This document shows, piece after piece, positions 9,368-18,017 of a stretch of 64,000 bases of DNA. The stretch spans positions 1-64,000 of the forward strand of contig CAVYCN010000019.1 of NCBI GenBank assembly GCA_963767005.1, given 5' to 3'. The notes under the pieces are model-generated. The model ran no database searches. It saw only the letters and a program-made list of their open reading frames with translations, and had not been told where the DNA came from. Within the stretch, counting starts at the first letter, position 1, and each line of letters opens with the position of its first letter. A program made the translations under genes and the position numbers. Source of the stretch: an uncultured Actinomycetes bacterium. GTDB lineage: Bacteria > Actinomycetota > Thermoleophilia > UBA2241.

Positions 9368-10941
9368 GACACCGTCCTTTCGCCGGTCGTGTCGCTCGCG
9401 ATGTCCGTCGCCCCGTCGCCCGTCGTCGACAGCCCGAGGTCGGCCTCGAGCGCGAGCAGTGACTTGCGCTGCTCGAGCAGGGCGACCTGGCGCTTGAGCG
9501 CCTCGAGCTCGGCGTACGACCCCGCGGTGGCGAGCAGGCCCGCCTGGGCGATCTCCTGGCGTTTGAGCTGGAGCTGCCGGGTGAGCAGCGAGAGGCGCTG
9601 ATCGAGCTCGGCGCCGCGCAGCGCCGTGACCCGGCCCACAACCCGCCGGGCGCGGTCGAACCCGAGGACGGCGGCGTTGGGCAGCGCCGCCGCCGTCTCG
9701 GCCAGCCCGGCGATCTCCGACCCGGCCCCGACCCGCAACGACTGCAGGGCGCTGCCGGCCGAGAACCCGAGGCGCACCGAACGCTTGCCGAAGAGCGCCT
9801 TGGCGAGGCGCACGGTCGTGTACGGGCAGCGCGCGTCCATGACGAGCGCCGCGGTCGACGAGCGCGCTACGAGCTCGCCGGCGACGAGCTCGTAGCAGGC
9901 CAACCGCACACGCCGCGGCAGGCGCACGACCACCTCGTTCTCGGCCGGCACCGGCGGCTCGCCGGTGCCGGCCGCGGCCGCGGCAGGAGCGCTGGTCTGG
10001 TCGGCGACGGTGACCACGACGCCGAGCGCGTCGAAGGCCTCCTGCACCGCGGCGAGCGCGGCGCGGCTCTCGGCGTCGCCGGCGCCGGCCGAGCGCAGCT
10101 TGCCGGCCTCGAGCTCGGGCAGCGTCCGGGCGGCGACCAGGGTGTCGAGATCGAGCAGGAACTCGTGGTGCTCGATCCGGGTCGTCACGGTGCCGGCCCG
10201 CCAGGCGCGGAAGTGCTCGTCGAGGGCGGCCGCCTGGGCGCGCGCGGCCGCCAGGCTCGTCTCGATGGCGCGAGCCGCGGCGACGGCCTCGCCGCGCGCC
10301 TTGCCGTCGTCGGCGGCGGCGACCCGGCGCCAGGCGCCGGCCAGGCTGCGCGTGAACTCGGGCACGAGCGCGGCGCAGTCGTCGAGCGCGCCGGCTTCGT
10401 CGGGATGGGCGCCGCGGTAGGCGCTCGCCACGGCCGCCGTCGCGACCGCTACGGCCTGGTCGGCCACCGCGGACGGGTCGCTCGCGCCGCTCGCGCCGGC
10501 GCCCGCTTCGCCTGCAGCTTCGGCGCCGCCCTTCACGGCGTCGGCTTGCGGCGCGGCGCGCGCGGTCATGCGGTGGGCCGTGGCCGTCGAGGCGCCGGCG
10601 CACGAGAGCGCCATCGCCGGGCCGGCGAGCAGCACGCCGCCGAGCGAGGCGCCGGCGGTGAGCAGGCCGGTGGCGACCGCGCCGGCGCGGCCGACGCTCT
10701 CGACCGAGCTCGTGACGAGGCGACCGTCGTCGGTCCACTCGAAGGCGATGCTCGTGTCGGCCAGCAGGCCCTCGGCCACGCGGAGCGTCGACGGCTCACG
10801 CGCGGCGACCACCTCGAGCGTGACGGTGGCCTCGGCCGACGCGTCGTCGCGACCGAGCACGGCGTCGTGGGTGAGGGTGCGAGCGCCGGCTAAGCGCACG
10901 CAGGACACGGGCTGGTGGAAGGGCAGCTCCAGGTCGCTCAT
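9364..10941 (-). CDS. Hypothetical protein with a Gly/Ala hydrophobic segment and C-terminal coiled coil
   Basis: AGGAGG RBS upstream of ATG 10941, GC3-biased codons, heptad-rich C-terminus. Confidence 0.7.
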   Translation of the reverse strand: MSDLELPFHQPVSCVRLAGARTLTHDAVLGRDDASAEATVTLEVVAAREPSTLRVAEGLLADTSIAFEWTDDGRLVTSSVESVGRAGAVATGLLTAGASLGGVLLAGPAMALSCAGASTATAHRMTARAAPQADAVKGGAEAAGEAGAGASGASDPSAVADQAVAVATAAVASAYRGAHPDEAGALDDCAALVPEFTRSLAGAWRRVAAADDGKARGEAVAAARAIETSLAAARAQAAALDEHFRAWRAGTVTTRIEHHEFLLDLDTLVAARTLPELEAGKLRSAGAGDAESRAALAAVQEAFDALGVVVTVADQTSAPAAAAAGTGEPPVPAENEVVVRLPRRVRLACYELVAGELVARSSTAALVMDARCPYTTVRLAKALFGKRSVRLGFSAGSALQSLRVGAGSEIAGLAETAAALPNAAVLGFDRARRVVGRVTALRGAELDQRLSLLTRQLQLKRQEIAQAGLLATAGSYAELEALKRQVALLEQRKSLLALEADLGLSTTGDGATDIASDTTGERTVS

Positions 10942-11093
10942 GCGGCCTCCTGTCCGTGGTGGGCCGGTGGCGCGACGTGGCTCGCCGGTCACGCCGTCGT
11001 CGGCCGCGGGCACGGCACCGCTCGGCCGCCCCCGCCGGCCACCCGTACTCTATCGTATGAGGTGGATGAGGGGCAGGTGGCCCAGCGGCTGCG

Positions 11094-11699
11094 TCAGAAG
11101 CGCAACCCCGACTCTTCGAGGTAGGCCAGGGCGGCGTCGAACTGGTCGAGGTAGGTGGATACGTCGTCGGTCCAGGACTGCTCGGCTGCGGGCGACGTGA
11201 ACCACACGGCGATGCCGGCGCCGAGCACGGCGCCGGTGACGGCGCGCACCTGCAGGTCGTCGGGCGGGCGTCCGACCCGCACGGCGAGCTGGGCGGCCAT
11301 GCCGCGCATGGTGCTCGCGAAGCTGTCGAGCATGCGAGCGCGCAGGTCGGGGACCGTCATGATGAGCTCGTTGCGCTCGCGCTCGATCTCGAGCTCGTGC
11401 GGCGTGAGCTGTCCGAGCACGGACCGCATCGCGACGCGCAGCGCCTGGACCGGCGAGAGCTCGGGCGGCTGCTCGGCGAAGGCCGCGAAGAAGCGCGGGT
11501 CGAGCGCGTCGTGCAGCACGATGTCTTCTTTGGTCGGGAAGTAGCGAAAGAACGTGCTCGGCGAGACCTCGGCGGCCTCGGCGATCTGCTCGATCGTGGT
11601 CTGCTCGTAGCCCTGCTCGCGGAACAGCCGCAGGGCGGCGTCCTGGATCGCCTCGTGGGTCTTGGCCTTCTTGCGCTCGCGCAGCCCCGCCACGCTCAC
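11094..11699 (-). CDS. TetR family transcriptional regulator
   Basis: GLRERKKAKT...ALRLFREQGYEQTTIEQIAEAAEVSPSTFFRYFPTKED. Confidence 0.93.
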   Translation of the reverse strand: MSVAGLRERKKAKTHEAIQDAALRLFREQGYEQTTIEQIAEAAEVSPSTFFRYFPTKEDIVLHDALDPRFFAAFAEQPPELSPVQALRVAMRSVLGQLTPHELEIERERNELIMTVPDLRARMLDSFASTMRGMAAQLAVRVGRPPDDLQVRAVTGAVLGAGIAVWFTSPAAEQSWTDDVSTYLDQFDAALAYLEESGLRF

Positions 11700-11836
11700 C
11701 TCCGGCCCGGCGCTAGAACGCGCCGGCTCGCTTCTGCGTTCACGCCGACGAGGCGCACGGTCACCCTGGGCCGGTCCCCGGACGTGCGGACCGGTCGCGG
11801 ACCCGCCGGCGCGCGGCGTGACCCCGCGCGCCTGCC

Positions 11837-12022
11837 TCAGGCGCTGGGAGCCGTGTCGCCGGGCACCGGCGCGGCTGCTGCCGCGCCGTCGCCGCCGGAT
11901 GACTCGCCGACCCGGACGAGGTCGATGCTGCCGCACTCGGGGCACATCTCCTCGCCGATCCGGGGAGTCATTCCGTGGAACCTGCGACCGCACTCATTGC
12001 AGACGAACTCGTAGTCGGCCAC
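11837..12022 (-). CDS. FmdB-family zinc ribbon protein
   Basis: YEFVCNECG...CPECGS. Confidence 0.75.
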   Translation of the reverse strand: MADYEFVCNECGRRFHGMTPRIGEEMCPECGSIDLVRVGESSGGDGAAAAAPVPGDTAPSA

Positions 12023-12201
12023 GACCAACTCCTCGTCGACGCCTCATATTCTAGGCTGCCCAGACGCGGAGTCCAGAGAACAGGTTCTGCGACCGCGAAC
12101 CTTCGGCAGGCCGGCGACGTCTCTTTGCCGAACGCAACCAGCGACGGTCCGCGGACCCGGGCCGGGTAACGCCCGCGGGTCCGCACGGCAAGGGAGGCCA
12201 C

Positions 12202-13494
12202 ATGCGCCGCATCATCGTCATCGTCGTCGCGCTGGCCGCGATCGGGGCGGCGGCGGCCGTCGCGGTCGCCCTAACGCGACACACCGCGCCGGCCGTCGCC
12301 GCCACCCCCCTGCGGCCCACCGGCGGCCACGCCGCCGACGTCGCCAGCGCGAGCCTGCTGGCCGGTCCGCTCGACCGCTTCGGCATCGGCCTGCTGGCCC
12401 ACGAGGCGAGCTCTCAGAGCGGCGGCAACGTCGTCGTCTCGCCGCTGTCGGTCGACGCGGCGCTGTCGCTCGTGCTGAACGGCGCCAAGGGACGCACCGC
12501 CGACGAGATGCGGCGCACCCTCGGCCTCGAGGGCATGAGCACGGCCGCGGCCGACCAGGCCTGGGCCGACCTGCTGGCCGAGGTCCAGACGGGCGTCAAG
12601 CCGTCGGTGCAGGTCGCCGACTCGCTCTGGCTGCGTGACGGCGTCGCCTTCGCGCCGGCCTTCCTGGCGGCCGCCCGGCAGAGCTTCGCGGCCGCCACCG
12701 AGCCGCTGCCAAACGATCCGGACGCCGCCGCCGGCGCGGTCAACGACTGGGTCAGCCAGCGCACCGCGGGGCTGATCAAGGACATCGTCGAGCCCGGCGA
12801 CTTCAGCGGCGCCGCGCCGGTCATCCTCACGGTCGTCAACGCCCTGCACGCCAAGGCCGCCTGGACGACGCCGTTCCAGGCCGGCGAGACCGAAGCGCGC
12901 CCCTTCACCCTGGCCGACGGCACGAGCGTGCAGGTGCCGACCATGAGCGGCGAGCTCTCGGCGCCGGTGGCGCAGACCTCGACCTACGACGCCGTCGCCC
13001 TGGCCACGAAGGGCTCGCTCACCGCCTGGGTGATCGTGCCGCGCGCCGGCCAGACGCCGGCGTCGCTGCTGCAGGGCCTCGCCGCGAGCGGCCTGGCGCC
13101 CATCTACGACGGCGCCAGGCGCCAGGCCGTCATTCTCGACCTGCCCAAGCTGCACACGAGCTTCGGGACGACCGATCTCACCCCGGCGCTCAAGGCGATG
13201 GGCATGGTCGCCGCCTTCTCGGCGGCCGACGCCGACCTCACCGGCATCGTCACGCCGGCCGGGCTGGCCCAGGTCGGCCGGCCCTCGATCGCCTGGGTCA
13301 TGCACAAGGCCGTCCTCACCATGAACGAGAACGGCGTCGAGGCGGCGGCCGCGACGGCCGTCGGCGTCGTCGGCTCGGCCGCTCCGGTGGCCGAAGCGAC
13401 GATCAACGCCGACCACCCGTTCCTGCTGGCGCTCACCGACACGCGCACCCGCGCGCCGCTGTTCCTGGCGATGATCCGCGACCCACGCGCGTAG
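12202..13494 (+). CDS. Serpin family protein (secreted or N-terminally anchored)
   Basis: NVVVSPLS, VNDWVSQRTAGLI, VNALHAKAAW, hinge ENGVEAAAAT, DHPFL, PLFL. Confidence 0.93.
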   Translation: MRRIIVIVVALAAIGAAAAVAVALTRHTAPAVAATPLRPTGGHAADVASASLLAGPLDRFGIGLLAHEASSQSGGNVVVSPLSVDAALSLVLNGAKGRTADEMRRTLGLEGMSTAAADQAWADLLAEVQTGVKPSVQVADSLWLRDGVAFAPAFLAAARQSFAAATEPLPNDPDAAAGAVNDWVSQRTAGLIKDIVEPGDFSGAAPVILTVVNALHAKAAWTTPFQAGETEARPFTLADGTSVQVPTMSGELSAPVAQTSTYDAVALATKGSLTAWVIVPRAGQTPASLLQGLAASGLAPIYDGARRQAVILDLPKLHTSFGTTDLTPALKAMGMVAAFSAADADLTGIVTPAGLAQVGRPSIAWVMHKAVLTMNENGVEAAAATAVGVVGSAAPVAEATINADHPFLLALTDTRTRAPLFLAMIRDPRA

Positions 13495-13560
13495 GCGCGC
13501 CGGCGGCGCCGGCGGAGTCTGACGAACCGGCGAAAGCGCACGTCGCAGCCAAACGCGGGC

Positions 13561-13594
13561 GGGGCGGGGGGAGCCGTACGGCTCCCCCCACCCC
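13561..13594. terminator. GC-rich hairpin between convergent genes
   Basis: GGGGGGAGCCGTACGGCTCCCCCC palindrome with extended stem. Confidence 0.6.
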
Positions 13595-13648
13595 GTCGCC
13601 TTGCTCGCGGACCCGCCGGCAGGCGCCGGGTCCGACCTTACGATGGGG

Positions 13649-15001
13649 TCAGTGCACCCTCACCTTGACGATCTGCGTGTAGGCCCAGAACGCCGAGCCC
13701 TTGTACTTCAGGACGTACCAGGTCGTGCGCGTGGGGTGCAGGTAGGGGGTCACGAACTTGCCGGACTTGATCTTGCAGGTACCCACCTTGTGCCAGCCCC
13801 CGGAGGGCGTGAGCGACGCGGGCTGGTTGGTGACCTTCTTGGTGATCGCGTAGATCGTGGCCGTACCGCCGCCCGGCACCTTGCCGCTCAGCCGCACGGC
13901 GTGACCGACCCGGACGCTGCTCGCCGAGGCCTTGCACGCGGTGACCTGATAGAGGTCCCACAGGTCGAGCAGGCTCGGCGTGTCGCTGCGGTAGGTGTCG
14001 ATCTCGTACACGCCGACCGGTGCCTTCGAGTAGACCTTCAGAGACTTCGTGTACGTCGCGGTCGGGTCGGCAGAGGTGACCGACAGGCTGTTGTAGCCGC
14101 CGTAGAACGTGCTCAGCTCAGGGCCGTACCAGGCCTCGAAGCTGGCCGTCTGCCCGGCCGGCCAGCCCTGGAGCACCATGGTAAGCGCGCGTCCGGGCGC
14201 GCCCGAGTGCCAGCACAGCGGCCCGTCGATCCACGACCACTGAGAATTGTTCCAGTCCAGGTTGACGGTGCTGCCGGCCGTGCCACCGGCGCTGACGGCC
14301 ATGGGCGTGCCGAGCCACTCTGCGGCGCCCCACACCATGTCGTAGCCGGCCGTCGGGTAGTTCAGGTAGTAGCCGTAGGCGGTGAGGTCGTTGAAGTCGG
14401 TCGCGGGCAGGACGCTGGCGGTACCGGCGTTGCCTGCGAGCGACACGTCCGCGCGGGCATATCCCTCGTCGCCATTGCCGGCCCTCACCTCGACCTGCGC
14501 GTCGGCCGGCACGTTGGCGAGCGTCATGTTCACCTGGCCGGGCTGCATCTGGTAGCTGTACGACGGGTCGTTGTTCGTGGCGAAGTCGAGCGACCAGTCG
14601 AAGAGCACGTTGAGCCCGGAGCCGCTCGGGTAGTAGACGTCGAGCTCGTCGCTCGCCAGGCTGTTGAACGTGTGTCCGCCCGAGATGCCGGTGAAGCTGA
14701 AGTCGCCCGCCGCGTCGGTCGGATAGTAGTACTCGCCGTAGTTGTAGCCGGTGGCGTCGGTCCAGAAGCCCCAGTCGACCGCGGCGTTCTGCACGCCCGA
14801 GCCGTTGAAGTCGAGGACGTGGCCGCTGATGTTGTACGGCCCGGTGTCGCCCACCGGCGCGAAAGCCCGGGCGTGCGAGGCGAGGCCCAGCGGCCGGGCG
14901 TTGACGTCGGAGTGGTGGGCGCCGACCGAGGCAAACGCGGCGGGCGCCAGCACGAGGCTGACGGCGAGCGCGGCGGCGGCACAGAGCATCAGACGCTTCA
15001 T
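13649..15001 (-). CDS. Secreted beta-rich protein with a carboxypeptidase-regulatory-like Ig domain and a basic C-terminal domain (paralog 1)
   Basis: Signal peptide MKRLMLCAAAALAVSLVLAPAAFA; YNISGHVLDFNG...TDAAGDFSF. Confidence 0.8.
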   Translation of the reverse strand: MKRLMLCAAAALAVSLVLAPAAFASVGAHHSDVNARPLGLASHARAFAPVGDTGPYNISGHVLDFNGSGVQNAAVDWGFWTDATGYNYGEYYYPTDAAGDFSFTGISGGHTFNSLASDELDVYYPSGSGLNVLFDWSLDFATNNDPSYSYQMQPGQVNMTLANVPADAQVEVRAGNGDEGYARADVSLAGNAGTASVLPATDFNDLTAYGYYLNYPTAGYDMVWGAAEWLGTPMAVSAGGTAGSTVNLDWNNSQWSWIDGPLCWHSGAPGRALTMVLQGWPAGQTASFEAWYGPELSTFYGGYNSLSVTSADPTATYTKSLKVYSKAPVGVYEIDTYRSDTPSLLDLWDLYQVTACKASASSVRVGHAVRLSGKVPGGGTATIYAITKKVTNQPASLTPSGGWHKVGTCKIKSGKFVTPYLHPTRTTWYVLKYKGSAFWAYTQIVKVRVH

Positions 15002-15197
15002 GGACCCTCCCCAGGTGTTCACCGGGCGCGCCGGCCACCGAGCCCGCGCGGCCCCTCCGCCGCCCATCCTAGACCTCGTAGCGCCATGGCGCATAGACGC
15101 GCAAGCCGAAAGCGTTGCCGAGAGTGGCCCGCGCGCGCGCGCGAGCACGCCGCACTGAACGCGAAAGGCAGGGCCGAGGGCGAAGGGATCGGGTCGC

Positions 15198-15243
15198 GGC
15201 GGCGGCGGGGCGGGCGGCTCATGCCGCCCGCCCCGCCGCCGCC
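15198..15243 (-). terminator. Hairpin with a 21-bp stem downstream of paralog 2
   Basis: GGCGGCGGCGGGGCGGGCGGC-TCAT-GCCGCCCGCCCCGCCGCCGCC. Confidence 0.6.
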
Positions 15244-15253
15244 CCGCGGAAGG

Positions 15254-16573
15254 TCAGCGCACCGCGACCTTGCAGACGCCGGTGAACGCCGGGAAGTCGT
15301 AGCCGGTGTACTTGACGACGTACCAAGTGGTACGCGTCGGGTGCAGGTACGCGGTCGTGAACTTGCCGGACTTGAGCTTGCAGGAGGCGACCTTGTGCCA
15401 GCCCTTGGCGGCCAGGGTCGAAGGTGCGACGGTCGCCTTGTGCGTGGTCGCGTAGACGATCACGGTGCCGCCGCCCGGCACCTTGCCGCTCAGCCGCACC
15501 GTGTGGCCATCCTTGATGCTGCTCGCCGAAGCCTTGAGCGTGCAGACCTGGTAGACGTCCCACAGGTCGACCATGCTGTCGACGTTGTCGGCGCGATTGG
15601 TGTCGATCTCGTAGAGACCGACCGGAGCCTTCGCGTTCACCGCGAGGCTCTCGGAGATCACGTCGGTCGGGCCGAGCGAGGTGACCGTCTTCCCCGGATA
15701 CGAATAGACGTTGTCGTTGCTGTCGAACCCGTAGAAGTCGGCCTGCTCGCTCGCGGGCCAGCCGCTGAGCTCCAGCGTGACGGCACGCCCAGCGGGGCCG
15801 GAGTGGCGACACTGCGGGCCGGTGAAGAACGCCCTGAGCGGCGCTCCCCAATCGAGGGTGACGCCTGGCGCTGTGGCACCGCCGGCCACGCTAACCGGCG
15901 AGGTACCGAGCCACTCCACCTCGGAGCGGATGGCATAGGGTGCCGACGACAGGTACGGCACCGCGTAGGCGATGACATCGTCGAAGTCGCTGAGCGGCAG
16001 GACGCTGGCTGTGGCCTGGCCGCCGGTGACCTGCACGTCGGCCAGAGCGTAGCCGTGCTCGCTGTTGCCGGCCTGCACCTCGACGAGGCCGTCGGCCGGC
16101 GGGTTGTCGAACGTGAGCGGTACGGCGCCGGGCTGCATCGTGTAGTCGCTGGTCGCGGCGAAGTCGAGCGACCAGTCGTCCATCTCGATGAGGGCCGCAC
16201 TCGCGCCCTGCGGGAGCGGGTAGTCGATGTCGAGCTCGTCGCGGGGCTTGCCGTCGACCGTGTTGCCGCCGGGGATGTTGTCGAACTCGAAATGGCCGCT
16301 TGCGTCGGTCAAGGTGTAGCCGCCGAACGTGTAGCCGAGGGCATCGCTGTCGAAGCTCCAGCTGGTCTCAGCGTTCTGGATGGCCGCGCCGCCGAAGTCG
16401 AGCACGTGGCCCTGGATGCTGTACGGGCCGGTGATCGCAAGCGGCGCGAAGGCGTGCACCGGGTGCCCCAGGTGCGACGTGACGTGCGCGGCGCGGCTCG
16501 AAGCCAGAGCGGCGGGCGCGAGCGCCAACCCGACCGCGAGCGCGATCGCGGCGCACAGGATGAGACGTTTCAT
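15254..16573 (-). CDS. Secreted beta-rich protein (paralog 2 of 13649..15001)
   Basis: Signal peptide MKRLILCAAIALAVGLALAPAALA; collinear similarity to the neighbour, e.g. RLSGKVPGGGT and YLHPTRTTWYV. Confidence 0.8.
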   Translation of the reverse strand: MKRLILCAAIALAVGLALAPAALASSRAAHVTSHLGHPVHAFAPLAITGPYSIQGHVLDFGGAAIQNAETSWSFDSDALGYTFGGYTLTDASGHFEFDNIPGGNTVDGKPRDELDIDYPLPQGASAALIEMDDWSLDFAATSDYTMQPGAVPLTFDNPPADGLVEVQAGNSEHGYALADVQVTGGQATASVLPLSDFDDVIAYAVPYLSSAPYAIRSEVEWLGTSPVSVAGGATAPGVTLDWGAPLRAFFTGPQCRHSGPAGRAVTLELSGWPASEQADFYGFDSNDNVYSYPGKTVTSLGPTDVISESLAVNAKAPVGLYEIDTNRADNVDSMVDLWDVYQVCTLKASASSIKDGHTVRLSGKVPGGGTVIVYATTHKATVAPSTLAAKGWHKVASCKLKSGKFTTAYLHPTRTTWYVVKYTGYDFPAFTGVCKVAVR

Positions 16574-16642
16574 GAGGCCCCCCTTTTGAACGTATATCGG
16601 CCGCGCCCACGTCCGAGCCCGCGCAGCCTCCGGTTGCCTCAG

Positions 16643-16670
16643 ATACTAGCCACATAAGAAGAGAATGCAA
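16643..16670 (-). promoter_or_regulatory. Sigma70-type promoter for the 16573 gene
   Basis: Minus-strand TTGCAT-16 bp-TAGTAT in an AT-rich patch. Confidence 0.5.
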
Positions 16671-16823
16671 TACGGTGTGTCGCCCCTCTTTCCGCAGGCT
16701 CGCCACCGCGCGTAACTCTTCCCTTCGCCCTCCCCCACCGCGCCCCGCGCCACCGCTGGGGCCTGCACCCCGCGCGCCGCGGCGGGCCGGGAGCCGCCGC
16801 TCCCGGCCCGCCGCGCCTTGCCT

Positions 16824-18017
16824 TCACTCGTAGCGCAGGGCCTCGGTGGGCTCGACCGAGCTGGCCTGCACGGCCGGACCGATGCCGGCCAGGATGCCGA
16901 CCGCGGCGGCCACCACCAAGGCGAGCGCCACGGTGGCCGCCGAGAAGACCGGTGAGACCGACAGGGCCGAGCCGCCGATGTAGGCGGCGGCGATGCCGAC
17001 GGCCAGGCCGAGCAGGCCGCCGATCACGCTGATCACGATGGCGTAGACCAGAAACTGGGCGATGATGTCGGCCCGCCGCGCCCCCACGGCACGGCGCACG
17101 CCGATCTCGCGGGTGCGCTCGCGCACGGTCACCAGCATGACGTTGGCGACGCCGATGCCGCCCACCACCAAGCTGATGGCGGCGATCGCCGCCATCAGGC
17201 GGGTGAGGGTCTTGGTCGAGGAGCTGACGGCCGAGGCGATCGAGCTGGCGTTGACGATCTGGAAGTCGTCCTGCTCGGAGCTCGTCAAGTCGTGGGCGGT
17301 GCGCAGCGTGCTCTCGACGGCGGCCTGGAAGGTGGCCAGGGAGCCGGGCTCGGCCTGCACGCGGATCTGGGTGATGTCGGGGCGGAAGGCCACCAGGCTG
17401 CCCTCGATCGAGCTGAGCGGCACGATCACGCTCGAGTCGACCGAGGCAAAGCCGACGCCGCCCTGGGCGACCAGCACGCCGATCACGCGGAACTGCACGC
17501 CGCCGATGTCGACCGTGCGGCCGACGGCCTCATAGGGGGTGAGGCCGAGGTCGCTGGCCACGGTGTTGCCCAGCACGGCGACGTGCAGCGCGTGGGAGGC
17601 GTCGAAGGCGCTGAAGAAGGTGCCGGCCTCGATCGCCAGATGGTCGATCGCGACGATCTGCGGCGAGGTGCCCATGACCGACTCGGTGACGCTGGTCGAG
17701 CCCAAGGTGACGCTGGCGTCGCTGTTGACCACGGTCACGGTGCGCTTGACGCCGGGAGTCGCATCGATCGCCGCCACGTCGGAGGCGCTCAGGGCGGTGG
17801 CGCTCGAGGAGAACGAGCTCGACTCGACCGTGACCGTGTCGGTGCCGAAGGCGTTGAAGCGGTTCTCGACGGCGCGCGTCGAGCCGCTGCCGATCGAGGT
17901 GAGGGCGACCACCGCGCCGATGCCGATGACGATGCCCAGGATGGTGAGCACCGCGCGCAGCGGGTTGTGGCGCAGGCTGGCGAAGGCCATGCGCAGCGAC
18001 TCGAGCGTGACGATCAT
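16824..18017 (-). CDS. MacB/FtsX-like ABC transporter permease
   Basis: RAVLTILGIVIGIGAVV, ISLVVGGIGVANVMLVTVRERTREIGVRRAVGA, EALRYE. Confidence 0.93.
   Translation of the reverse strand: MIVTLESLRMAFASLRHNPLRAVLTILGIVIGIGAVVALTSIGSGSTRAVENRFNAFGTDTVTVESSSFSSSATALSASDVAAIDATPGVKRTVTVVNSDASVTLGSTSVTESVMGTSPQIVAIDHLAIEAGTFFSAFDASHALHVAVLGNTVASDLGLTPYEAVGRTVDIGGVQFRVIGVLVAQGGVGFASVDSSVIVPLSSIEGSLVAFRPDITQIRVQAEPGSLATFQAAVESTLRTAHDLTSSEQDDFQIVNASSIASAVSSSTKTLTRLMAAIAAISLVVGGIGVANVMLVTVRERTREIGVRRAVGARRADIIAQFLVYAIVISVIGGLLGLAVGIAAAYIGGSALSVSPVFSAATVALALVVAAAVGILAGIGPAVQASSVEPTEALRYE

Noticed and set aside
11837-12022. Selenocysteine read-through of the FmdB-like TGA
   Set aside because: There is no Cys-x-x-TGA context, and the read-through is low-complexity with no recognisable SECIS.
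12151-12184. Hairpin in the serpin leader as a riboswitch or translational control element
   Set aside because: The stem ends before the RBS and matches no riboswitch consensus I know.
11795-13620. 16-bp direct repeat TCGCGGACCCGCCGGC (11795 and 13605) flanking the FmdB and serpin genes, as possible att or target sites
   Set aside because: The repeat is almost all G/C, so a chance match is plausible at this composition, and there is no integrase or transposase nearby.
13601-16657. Very long antisense or alternate-frame ORFs (e.g. 13601..16657+, 42793..46632+, 48050..50764+, 50737..53802+, 24820..27318-)
   Set aside because: They are shadows of real genes on the other strand; stop codons are rare in GC3-biased DNA, and the products are Arg/Gly/Ala-rich with no motifs.
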